Below are positions 19,726 through 28,801 of a stretch of DNA of 64,000 nucleotides, piece after piece. The translations under genes and the position numbers were made by a program. The stretch lies in the NCBI GenBank assembly GCA_963714835.1, contig CAVQPX010000007.1:83426-147425 (forward strand). The letters run 5' to 3'. Below the pieces are notes generated by a model, which made no database searches, was not told the origin of the DNA, and saw only the letters and a list, made by a program, of their open reading frames with translations. The DNA is from an uncultured Chloroflexia bacterium (GTDB lineage: Bacteria; Chloroflexota; Limnocylindria; Limnocylindrales; CSP1-4). Every line of letters starts with the position of its first letter. Within the stretch, counting starts at the first letter, position 1.

Positions 19726-20175
19726 ATGGCCAAGCGATCGCGCGTGTCCGGTCGGCCCGGGCAACGACGACCCCTCGAGCGAAACAGCGGGCGCAGCCAG
19801 GCCGGCGGCGGATCACCCAAGGCCGCCCCATCGAGCGCGCGCCCATCGGACGGACCGCCACCCGACACACGGCCGGTACAGGCGAGCGTCGGCGGATCTT
19901 CCCTGACCGAGGCCGAGCTGGCGCGAGCCGCCGAGCTCGAGTCCCAGATCGTCGCCCAGGAGAAGGCGGCCGCGGCCACGGCCAAGCCGTCCCCGGCGTC
20001 GCGCACCCGTGGCCGGACCGTCGTCTCGTCGGAGCCGCTCTCGGTCCGCGCCGCGCACGAGTACGCCTACGTTGCCCGCGATGTCCGCCGGATCGTCGTC
20101 GTCGGCGGATTGATGTTCGCGGTCCTCATCGCGCTCCACGTCCTCATCAACGTGCTCGGGGTGATCGCGATCTGA
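19726..20175 (+). CDS. Hypothetical protein with a basic N-terminus and a C-terminal TM anchor
   Basis: ATG 19726 is preceded by AGGAGG. The 149-aa product starts MAKRSRVSGRPGQRR and ends in the hydrophobic IVVVGGLMFAVLIALHVLINVLGVIAI. Confidence 0.55.
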   Translation: MAKRSRVSGRPGQRRPLERNSGRSQAGGGSPKAAPSSARPSDGPPPDTRPVQASVGGSSLTEAELARAAELESQIVAQEKAAAATAKPSPASRTRGRTVVSSEPLSVRAAHEYAYVARDVRRIVVVGGLMFAVLIALHVLINVLGVIAI

Positions 20176-20284
20176 CGATCGGCCGCGGCTAGACTGGCGC
20201 GCATGCCCGCCGCGCCGACCGACCGGAGCCCGCCCCGAGGCCCTGTTCCAACCCCCGCCCGACCGACAGCCGCTGGCTGCGCGC

Positions 20285-21715
20285 ATGCGCCCGCGGAGCC
20301 TCGAGGAGTTCGTGGGCCAGGAGCACCTCGTCGGAGAACGCGGGCCGCTGCGCCGCTCGATCGCCCGCGGCCATCTTGCGTCGCTGCTCCTCTGGGGCCC
20401 GCCGGGGACCGGCAAGACGAGCCTCGCCAGACTCCTCGCAGAAGCGGTCGGAGCCCACTTCTCCACGCTGTCCGCGGTCATGTCGGGCGTGGCCGATGTC
20501 CGGGCGATGATCGCCGAGGCGCAGGAACGCCTGGCCCTGCACGGTAGCCGAACGGTCCTCTTCCTCGACGAGATCCATCGATTCAACAAGGCCCAGCAGG
20601 ACGGGCTGCTGCCGCACGTCGAGGACGGTACGGTGACGCTCATCGGGGCAACCACCGAGAATCCCTACTTCGAGGTGAACGCGGCGCTGCTGTCGCGGAT
20701 GCGCGTCTGGCGCCTGGAACCGCTGGACGACGACGACGTCGCGACGGTCCTCAAACGGGCCCTGACGGATGCCGAGCGAGGTCTGGCCGGGCCGCTGGGG
20801 CCCACCGGCGGCGTTGCCCTCGCCGAGGACGCGTTCGATCACCTCGTCTCGATCGCGGGCGGTGACGCCCGTGCCGCCTTCAACATCCTCGAGGGCGCCG
20901 CGGCCCTCGCCGAGGGCGAGGGCGTGCGTGACGCGGACGGACGGGTGGCGCCGCGACTCGCGGATGTCGAATCTGCCGCCCAGCAGCGCATCCTCGGTTA
21001 CGACCGTGCCGGCGACGGCCACTACGACACCGTCTCGGCGTTCATCAAGAGCCTGCGCGGCAACGACCCCGATGCCGCCCTCTACTGGCTCGCGACGATG
21101 ATCGCCGCCGGCGAGGACCCGCAATTCATCGCCCGGCGGCTCGTCATCGCGGCGTCCGAGGACGTGGGCAACGCCGATCCACGTGCGTTGCAGGTCGCGG
21201 TCAGCGCGGCCCAGGCGCTGGACCTGATCGGTCTTCCGGAGGCGCAGTACGCGCTCGCCCAGGCGACGACGTACATCGCGACAGCACCGAAGTCGAACCG
21301 ATCAGGCCTGGCGTTCTTCGCGGCCGCCGGCGATCTCGAGAGGGACGGGGCGCTACCGGTGCCCCTCCACCTGCGCAGCGCCGGACACCGCGCGATGAAA
21401 CAGCACGGCATCGGCGTCGGGTATCGCTATCCGCACGACTTCGAAGGTGGCGACGTGGCCCAGCAGTACCTGCCAGACGACCTCGCCGAACGGCGCTACT
21501 ACCTCCCTGTCGATCAGGGCTACGAGGCAACGATCGCCGAGCGGATGGAGCGCCGCGCGATCGCGCGCAAGGAGGCGAAGTCGGCCGGCCGGGCCCGGCG
21601 CAACGCGACGCCGACCCCCGATGCCTCACATCACGCGGGGGACGGCCTCCAGAAGCGCCGCGAGGAGAGCCGCAAGAGGATCGCCGAGACCGAGCGCCGC
21701 GACGCCGAGAGCTAG
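20285..21715 (+). CDS. rarA: Replication-associated recombination protein A (AAA+ ATPase)
   Basis: MRPRSLEEFVGQEHL, Walker A LLLWGPPGTGKTSLA, Walker B VLFLDEIHRFNK, and GATTENPYFEVN. The RarA frame is open upstream (EALFQPPPDRQPLAAR) but has no start there. An ATG at 20203 lies in a different frame (offset 1), so the N-terminus may be frame-broken at the C4 run 20233-20236. Confidence 0.85.
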   Translation: MRPRSLEEFVGQEHLVGERGPLRRSIARGHLASLLLWGPPGTGKTSLARLLAEAVGAHFSTLSAVMSGVADVRAMIAEAQERLALHGSRTVLFLDEIHRFNKAQQDGLLPHVEDGTVTLIGATTENPYFEVNAALLSRMRVWRLEPLDDDDVATVLKRALTDAERGLAGPLGPTGGVALAEDAFDHLVSIAGGDARAAFNILEGAAALAEGEGVRDADGRVAPRLADVESAAQQRILGYDRAGDGHYDTVSAFIKSLRGNDPDAALYWLATMIAAGEDPQFIARRLVIAASEDVGNADPRALQVAVSAAQALDLIGLPEAQYALAQATTYIATAPKSNRSGLAFFAAAGDLERDGALPVPLHLRSAGHRAMKQHGIGVGYRYPHDFEGGDVAQQYLPDDLAERRYYLPVDQGYEATIAERMERRAIARKEAKSAGRARRNATPTPDASHHAGDGLQKRREESRKRIAETERRDAES

Positions 21716-21772
21716 ACGTGGCGACATGACCGCCCACCACCCCATCGCCCTGCGCCGAGGCGTCCCACGCCC

Positions 21773-23131
21773 ATGATCTCGACGGCCCGCCGGCTCACCG
21801 ATCTCTTCCTGCCGCGCGGCGCGCTGCTTCTGTCCGTCCTCACCTTCGGCAGCTACGTCATGGGCCTCGTGCGCGATCGGATCCTGACGAGCACCTTCGG
21901 CGCCGGCGTCGAGCTCGACACGTACAACGCCGCGTTCGTCATCCCCGAACTGACCCTCGGGGTCATCGTGGCCAGCGGGCTCGCGGCGCCGTTCATCCCG
22001 ATCTTCAGCGGCCTGAAACGCGACGGCGAGCCGGCCGCGCACGCCTTCGGCCAGACGATCCTTACGCTCGCCGTGGTGGCGATGGGCGTCGCCGCGGCCA
22101 TCCTCTTCGTCATCGCGCCGGTCACGGTGGAGGTGGTCGCCCCCGGCTTCGGGCCCGATCAGCGCGTCCTCTACACCGATCTGTTCCGGGTCATGACGAT
22201 CACCCCCGTCATCTTCGCCGCCTCGATCGCCCTGGGCGAGATCCTCATCGCCGAACGCCGCTTCTTCTTCTACGGCAGCGCGCCCCTCCTCTACAACGCC
22301 GGGATCGTCGTCGGGACGCTGGCGTTCAGCGCGGAACTCGGGATCTTCAGCGCGGCCGTCGGCGCGGTCATCGGCGCGCTCGCCCACCTCGCGATCCGGC
22401 TGTGGGGCATCCGCCGGACGACGTTCCGGATCCGGCCGCGCCTCGCGGTGCGGACGGCCGCGATCCGCGAGTTCTTCCTGCTCATGCTGCCGAAGACCGG
22501 GAGCAGCCCGATCGAGCCATTGACCTTCCTCTTCTTCACGAACATCGCCTCGACGCTCGTTGCCGGCAGCGTCACCTCGGTCAGCCTCGCGCGCAACTTC
22601 CAGAGCGTGCCGGTGAGCCTGATCGGTGTCGCCTTCTCGCTCGCGGTCTTCCCGGCGATGTCCGCGGCGTACGCGGCCGGGGATCGGCGCGGCCTCATCC
22701 GCCTCGTCGGGACGAACGCGGCCACGATCGGCGTCATCACCCTGGGGGCCGCGATCGGGCTCGTCGTCGTGGGCGAACTCGCGATCCGGGTGCTCCTCGG
22801 GGGCGGCCGCTTCGACGACGAGGCCATCGCGCGAACCGCGCTCGTGCTCGGTGCGTTCGCGCTCTCGGTCCCGCTCGAGAGCCTCGGCCACCTGCTGAGC
22901 CGGGCGATCTACGCGACCCACCACACGATCTGGCAGGTCGTCGCCTCGCTCGTCGGGTTCGCGGTCACGGTCGTCGCCACCGTGTCACTGGTCGGGCCGC
23001 TTGGCATCATCGCCATCCCCGTGGGATTCGCCGCCGGCCACGGCCTGCGGCTCGCCCTCCTGGCGATCGTCCTGGCGATCCGCCTGCGAGCCGTCAGCCC
23101 GGGACCGGTGCCACCACGACCGTCGGGATGA
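21773..23131 (+). CDS. murJ: Lipid II flippase MurJ/MviN
   Basis: N-terminus ...SYVMGLVRDRILTSTFGAGVELDTYNAAFVIPE, followed by a polytopic membrane protein of 452 aa. Confidence 0.8.
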   Translation: MISTARRLTDLFLPRGALLLSVLTFGSYVMGLVRDRILTSTFGAGVELDTYNAAFVIPELTLGVIVASGLAAPFIPIFSGLKRDGEPAAHAFGQTILTLAVVAMGVAAAILFVIAPVTVEVVAPGFGPDQRVLYTDLFRVMTITPVIFAASIALGEILIAERRFFFYGSAPLLYNAGIVVGTLAFSAELGIFSAAVGAVIGALAHLAIRLWGIRRTTFRIRPRLAVRTAAIREFFLLMLPKTGSSPIEPLTFLFFTNIASTLVAGSVTSVSLARNFQSVPVSLIGVAFSLAVFPAMSAAYAAGDRRGLIRLVGTNAATIGVITLGAAIGLVVVGELAIRVLLGGGRFDDEAIARTALVLGAFALSVPLESLGHLLSRAIYATHHTIWQVVASLVGFAVTVVATVSLVGPLGIIAIPVGFAAGHGLRLALLAIVLAIRLRAVSPGPVPPRPSG

Positions 23132-24083
23132 GCGCGATGAACAGACCGTCGCGGTCCGGGTACCGCCCCTCGGGCCGCTTCCAGGGCAGGTAGTTCCGGA
23201 CCATCTCGGCCCGGTCCTGGAACACACCGGGACCGTCGGATGGCCCCCAGAGCGTTGAGATGCGCGGGTACCACGGGTCCAGGATGTAGGTCCCGCTGAC
23301 CTTCGCGTCCGCGAAGTACCGCGGATCTGCGTCGGCGCGGTAGCCGGTCATCACCCAGGTGTGGGCTCCCCGCCAGGTCAGGAGGACGACCGGCGCACCC
23401 GTCTCCGCGATGGCGCGCGCGCTGTCGCGGAGCGCGAGGTCACGGGTCTCGTACGCCCGGATCTCGTAGCCGACGGCCCCGTATGCGGCCATCGCGAGCG
23501 ACATCGACGCGGGACCCCAGCCCCCGTTGTGGCTGTCGGCCCAGCTCTCCCACTCCCCGATCCTGCCGGCGAGCTCGCGCTGGAACGCGTTCGACGTGTC
23601 GGCGTGCCCGAGGATGGCCAGCGCCATCTGGACACCGGCCGGCGAGCACCAGTCCTTCGTGACCTGACTGCTGAACATCGCCTTGGCCTGCGCTTCGCTC
23701 AGGATCGACACGTCGACGGGCGTTCGGGCTGGCGTCGGGACGGGAGTGGGCTGGGGCGTCGGCGACGTATCGATCGAGGCCGACGGTGACGGCTCCGGCG
23801 GCGCGACGGTCGGCGAAGCCGTGGCGGGCGCCGGCGTGATGACAACGGTCGGCAGGGTCGAACGCTCCGGGACCGGACCGGCGATGAACCGAGCCACTCG
23901 CGCTTCGAGCGACGCGAACCGATCCCCGGCGCCGAGGGCATTGGTCCAGACGGCGCCGACGAGGAGGACGGACCAGATCGCCGCGGCCACGAACAATGCC
24001 CGCCACGGGACGCGGCGGCGTGGCGCGCTGGGGCGGATCGCGCGGATGACGACGGGGTCACTGGTCCGTGAGCGCCTGGACAG
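23094..24083 (-). CDS. Secreted or membrane-anchored peptidase C39-like (papain-fold) domain protein
   Basis: Signal-anchor RRRVPWRALFVAAAIWSVLLVGAVW, a Pro/Thr-rich linker, then a Cys region (DWCSPAGVQMALAILG) and a His region (GAHTWVMTGY) resembling C39-like peptidase domains. The start is uncertain: CTG 24083 has AAGGAGG at 5-nt spacing, and the alternative ATG/GTG starts run up to 24239. Confidence 0.55.
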   Translation of the reverse strand: MSRRSRTSDPVVIRAIRPSAPRRRVPWRALFVAAAIWSVLLVGAVWTNALGAGDRFASLEARVARFIAGPVPERSTLPTVVITPAPATASPTVAPPEPSPSASIDTSPTPQPTPVPTPARTPVDVSILSEAQAKAMFSSQVTKDWCSPAGVQMALAILGHADTSNAFQRELAGRIGEWESWADSHNGGWGPASMSLAMAAYGAVGYEIRAYETRDLALRDSARAIAETGAPVVLLTWRGAHTWVMTGYRADADPRYFADAKVSGTYILDPWYPRISTLWGPSDGPGVFQDRAEMVRNYLPWKRPEGRYPDRDGLFIALIPTVVVAPVPG

Positions 24084-24271
24084 GACGACCTCCTTGGAGC
24101 GCAAGTATCGCCTCGTCAGGACGATCGGGCGCCTGATGGTGCGACGATGCGGTGGCGGCAGCGCGTCGCATCGAGACGTTGGCTCGGCATGTGCACGCCC
24201 ACACGAGTGGTTTCGTGCGACCATCACATGGTCCTGCATCCCGAGCCCCGGACCATCCAGGAGACGCGCCC

Positions 24272-25456
24272 GTGACCCGCTTCGAACCGAACCTTCGGAT
24301 CCCCGGCCCGACCGCCCTGCCTCCGTCGGTCCGCGAGGCCGGCGGGCGCCAGATGATCAACCACCGCGGACCCGAGTTCGCGGCGATGCTCGGTCGGATC
24401 CTCGACGGGATGCGCCCGTACTTCGGGACGACATCGGACATCGCGATGCTGTCCTGCGCCGGGACAGGCGGGCTGGAAGCCGCCGTCGTCAACACGCTCT
24501 CCCCGGGGGACCGCGTCCTGGGGGTCTCGATCGGCTCGTTCGGCGATCGGTTCGCGAAGATCGCTGCGGCCTACGGCGCGGACGTGACCAGGATCGATGT
24601 CGAGTGGGGGCAGGCGGCCAGCCCGGAGATCGTCGGCGACGCCCTCCGTGCCGATCCGTCGTACAAGGCCGTCCTTCTGACGCACAACGAAACGTCCACC
24701 GCGGTGATGAACGAGATCCCGGGCCTGGCCGCAGCGATCCGGGCTGCGGCGCCCGAGGCCCTGATCGTCGTCGACAGCGTGTCGGGGCTGGGTGCGGTGC
24801 CGTTCGAGATGGACGCCTGGGGCGTCGACGTGGTCGTGACCGGCTCGCAGAAGGCGTGGATGTCCGCTCCTGGCCTGGCCATGGTCGCGGCGTCGGGCCG
24901 CGCCTGGGCGGCGATGGAGACGGCGCGGATGCCCCGCTTCTACCTCGATCTCCGGATGCACCGCGACGCTCACGCCAAGGGCGAGACCCCGTGGACGCCC
25001 GCGATCGCGGTGGTCTTCCAGGTGGACGAGGGCCTGCGACTGATGGCCGCCGAGACGCCGGCCGGGATCTTCGCCCGTCACGAGGCGTGCGCCGCCGCCA
25101 CGCGAGCCGGGCTCGAAGCGCTCGGCTTCGAGCTGTTCGCCGACCCAGCCGTGCGCTCGAAGACCGTGACGGCGGCGGTCGTCCCCGACGGACTCGACTG
25201 GAAGGCGTTCAACGGCGAGATCAAGCGCCGTGGGGTCGTGCTCGCCGGCGGCCAGGGCAAGCTCACCGGCCGGATCTTCCGGCTCGGGCACCTTGGATCC
25301 GTGACGGTGGGCGAGATCGTCGACGCGATCGGCACGATCGAGGAAGTGTCGATCGGCGCGGGCCGCGACATCGATCCGGGAGCCGCCGTCGCGGCAGCCC
25401 AACGGGCCGCGCTCGCGAGTGCGGGTGTCAGGACTCGCGTCGCTGCGGGCGGATGA
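24272..25456 (+). CDS. Class-V PLP aminotransferase (serine-glyoxylate/alanine-glyoxylate/phosphoserine type)
   Basis: GTG 24272 is preceded by AGGAGA. IPGPTALPPSVREA, MINHRGPEF, the SVSGLG region and TGSQKAWMSAPGL (PLP lysine) are typical of the AGXT/SGAT family. Confidence 0.8.
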   Translation: MTRFEPNLRIPGPTALPPSVREAGGRQMINHRGPEFAAMLGRILDGMRPYFGTTSDIAMLSCAGTGGLEAAVVNTLSPGDRVLGVSIGSFGDRFAKIAAAYGADVTRIDVEWGQAASPEIVGDALRADPSYKAVLLTHNETSTAVMNEIPGLAAAIRAAAPEALIVVDSVSGLGAVPFEMDAWGVDVVVTGSQKAWMSAPGLAMVAASGRAWAAMETARMPRFYLDLRMHRDAHAKGETPWTPAIAVVFQVDEGLRLMAAETPAGIFARHEACAAATRAGLEALGFELFADPAVRSKTVTAAVVPDGLDWKAFNGEIKRRGVVLAGGQGKLTGRIFRLGHLGSVTVGEIVDAIGTIEEVSIGAGRDIDPGAAVAAAQRAALASAGVRTRVAAGG

Positions 25457-25617
25457 GCACCCTCGTCGCAGAAAGCAATACGCCGACGTGCATCCCGGTG
25501 TGTGAGGAGCTGGTCGTGCGCAGCGAGGCCCAGGTCGATGCCGTGCTGATCGCGGCCGCCGCCCGCCTCAAGGTCATCGGCCGAGCGGGCATCGGCGTGA
25601 TGGGGCACGACCGGTGA
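25453..25617 (+). pseudogene. serA: Remnant of D-3-phosphoglycerate dehydrogenase (N-terminal stub only)
   Basis: A 54-codon ORF, ATGA-coupled to the aminotransferase stop. ...ELVVRSEAQVDAVLIAAAARLKVIGRAGIGV matches the conserved SerA N-terminal block (..alivRSatkV...aa.kLKvIGRAGvGvDN). It then stops, and the remaining ~450 codons are absent. Confidence 0.6.
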
Positions 25618-26421
25618 TCCCAGCCGGACTCGACGCAACCGTCGTCCTCGTACGTCACGGAGAATTCGACGTGGGTCGCCGAGGGTCGCTTCCAGGGACA
25701 GGCCGATCCGCCCCTCTCGGACCTCGGGCAACGCCAGGCACGAGCGGTTGCCATGCGCCTCGCCCGCCCGGCGGACTCCCCGCCTCTGGCGCTCCCCGCC
25801 GGACCGCCGCTCGAGGTCGTCCACTCCCCACTCGCGCGGGCCGCCTCCACGGCCGCCGCGATCGCCGCCGCTTGCTCTGATCCGGATGGGTTCGCGCTGC
25901 CCGTGGCGACGCGGCCCGACGACGGCTTCCTCGAGATCGGTCAGGGGCTGTGGGAAGGCCGCCCCACCAGCGAGATCATCGAACAGTGGGGTGCCGAACT
26001 CAGCGCGTGGCGACACGACCCGATCGCGAACTGGGCGCCCGAGGGCGAGTCCATCGTCGAGGTCGACCGGCGCGTCCGGCCGGCGATCGCGACGCTGCTC
26101 GACCACCTCGCGGTTGGTCGCGAGCCCGGGACATTGGATCGCTCCCAGGTCCTGGGCTACCTCAGCGCCCGGCCCGACCAGGGCTGGTCCGTCGCGGTGG
26201 CCCACGACGGCGTGTTCAAACTGACGCTCCTCGCCCTGCTCGACCTGCCGATCGAGCGGTTCTGGACGTTCCCGTTCGCCCTCTGCGGGGTCACCGTCGT
26301 CGAGATCGGCGGGGGTCGGGCTCGCCTTCTCGCGCACAACCTGACGGAGCACCTGGCCGCACTCGATTCGATCGAGGCGCAGGAGCGCACTGCGCTACGT
26401 CGCGCGTCGGGGGCCCTCTAG
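25614..26421 (+). pseudogene. Histidine phosphatase (phosphoglycerate mutase-like) family protein, frame-broken
   Basis: GTG 25614 gives MIPAGLDATVVLVRHGE. Skipping one T at 25665/25666 continues with STWVAEGRFQGQADPPLSDLGQRQARAVAMRLA...VVHSPLARA, the canonical RHGE-(S/T)xW...G..D.PL motif. Length is 1 mod 3. Confidence 0.8.
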
Positions 26422-28801
26422 GCGCCGCGTCCCTTGCGGAGGCCACGTGAGCGTGACCAGCGCTGCCCGCGCAGCAAGGCGAGCCTGAGCAGCCGGAGGC
26501 GCAGCCGGCGGTGTGCGTCGCGCACGCTCCTGACCCGCGTCGGATCGAGCGTCGCGCGACCGTAGGCGACCTCGACCTTGGCGCCGGCCACTGTCTCCAG
26601 CTCGGGGCGCGATCGCGGCAGGACGTCGCCGAGCGATCCCGCGTACTCGAGGACCGTCTGCGACGGGCGCGGACCGAACCCGAAGCGTGCCGCGAGCGCC
26701 GCGACGCCGCTCCAGGCGGCATCTGCACCGACGGTCCCGCGCGGGCCGCGCTGCCACACGACGAACGCGATCGCCGCGAACATCAGGATGAGCATCAGGC
26801 CGAGGGCGACGAACGGTCCGCCACTCTGGGTGGGAGGAAGAGTCACTGCGCCTCCCGCTTCATCCAGCGGGTCGGTCTCGCGATCGAGCCCGCTGGTGCC
26901 CAGCGGGAGTGACCCGCTCGGCGTCGGCTCCGGGGTCGGGATGACGATGCCGTCGTCAAGCTCGATGTCCTGCGCGACGCCGCCGCCCGTCGGATCGAAG
27001 TCGACCCAGCCATAGCCCGGGAAGTAGACCTCGACCCAGGCGTGCGCGCCGTCGGCCCTGATCGTCTCGACGCCGGTCAGGGGATCGCGCTCGCCCGGCA
27101 GGAACCCCTGGGCGAGCCGTGCCGGGATCCCCTCCTGACGGAGCAGCATGATCATCGTCGTGGCGTAGTACTGGCAGTAGCCGCGACGCGACCAGGCGAA
27201 GCACTCGACGAGCGAACGATCGCCGCAGTCGATGTCGCGAACGGTCGTGTCGTATGTGAACCGGTCGCTCCGCAGGATCCGGACCATCGTCTCGGCGAGG
27301 TCGTAGGGGTTGGCGCCCGCTCCCGCTTCGGCCCTGATGTCGACGAGGAGCTTGGTGGCCTCCGGGCCGATCGCACCGAGCTGCGGTGCCTGGCGGTAGC
27401 GGGTGGCGACCTCGATCGGGTAGTTCTTGCCGGCCACACGCAGGCGGTTCTTCGTCAGGCCGCCTTCGACGTCCTGGGCGACCTGGATCCGGGACGTCAC
27501 GGTGTAGCCCTCGGACCCCTCGCGCTCCACCGCCGCGAAGAAGCCTCCGGGTACGACGCGCCGGAGCGTCGCATCGACGTCGACACTGACGATCGTCTGG
27601 GGAGCGACCATCAGGGAGCCGCGGAACCCACCCGGCAACGGCTCGACCGCGAAGGTGATCTCGCGCCGCGCGGCGAACTGGGCGGCGTCGTCGGCGAGAC
27701 CCTCGAGGACGTTCGAACCTGCCGGGACGGCCCCGTCCTCGGTGGGTCCCCAGGTCCAGGTGCGTTGATCGAACTCGGCCCAGGTGCCGATCCGCCAGTA
27801 GAAGGGTCGGCCTCCTTCCTCGAGCGGGACGGTGATCTCGAGCAGCTCCGTGTCGCTGGTGTTCCACTCGCCGACGATGGCCGACGACGGTCCGAACGAC
27901 ACGGCCCCGAAGTCGCGCGCGCCGCCATCGGGCAGATATTTCTGGAGAGCGGAGCCGGCATCTGCCAGGCGCTGTGGAAGGTCAGCCCATAGCCCCTGGA
28001 GGGGCTTCGATGAGGCCGTCACGGTGAGGGTCAGGGAGCCGACGATGGCGAGGGCGACGAATACGGACCCGCCCCGGAGATAGAGCGATCGAACGACGGC
28101 CGGATCGCCGATGCGGCGGCGGACCCAGGCGCTCTGCTCGTCCAGCGCGTGAGATCGGACCAACAGGAGCAGGCTCGCGGTCGAGAACGCGACGAGGTAG
28201 TGGAGCTGTGGGCGGAAGGTCAGCCAGATGCTCAGGAGCAGGACCAGCCCGGCGATCACGACTGCGTCGATGGGCCGGCGGTGGCCGAAGACGGCGTACG
28301 CGGCGAACTGGCCGGTGCCCCACGCGATGATCCCGAAGGCGAGCAGATGGTGACCGAGCTGCTGGGTCAAGTCGCGCCGCTCGATCGCAAGATCGATCCA
28401 CGCCTTGACCGCGGAGACCGCCGTCGTTCCGAACCAGTCGAACGGCGTCCCGCCCTCGACGAGCACTTCCCCGACGAGGACCGGAAGGACCAGCGCGGCC
28501 GCGAAGGCACCCAGGAGGTGGGCGATCCAGCGCCGGACCCCGAGCTTCGCCCAGGCGAATCGCCAAGCGCACCGAGGAGCGCGGCCGGCGCCAGGAAGTC
28601 AGTCAGTTCCGTGCGGCCGGTCACCCAGCCGGGGTCGTCGAGCGACCAGGCCACGATGACAGCCATCAGCGCCACGAGACCCAGGGTGAGCCACCCCTCG
28701 GCGGGACCCGGTGGCACCCAGCTCGGGATCGTCCGCGGCGTCGTCAGGGTCACCGCCTGCTCGGTCGCCGTCTCCTCCGTCATGCGCTCGCCGGTGCTCA
28801 T
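26418..28801 (-). pseudogene. Transglutaminase-like membrane protein (TgpA-type), frame-broken in the N-terminal TM region
   Basis: Core motif ...ECFAWSRRGYCQYYATTMIMLLRQEGIPARLAQGF...DGAHAWVEVYFPGYGWVDFDPTGG (Cys-His-Asp). The N-terminus MSTGERMTEE...WLTLGLVALMAVIVAW... starts at ATG 28801 (ATGA overlap with the DUF58 stop) in another frame. The join is around 28553-28566, and length is 2 mod 3. Confidence 0.75.

Noticed and set aside
11861-25667. Two of the frame breaks lie at or next to EcoRI sites (GAATTC at 11861 and 25662), hinting at a cloning or engineering artefact.
   Set aside because: By eye, GAATTC occurs at least six more times in the window without any frame problem. The other six breaks are not at such sites, and the GDPD break lies upstream of the site rather than in it. 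This is probably coincidence.
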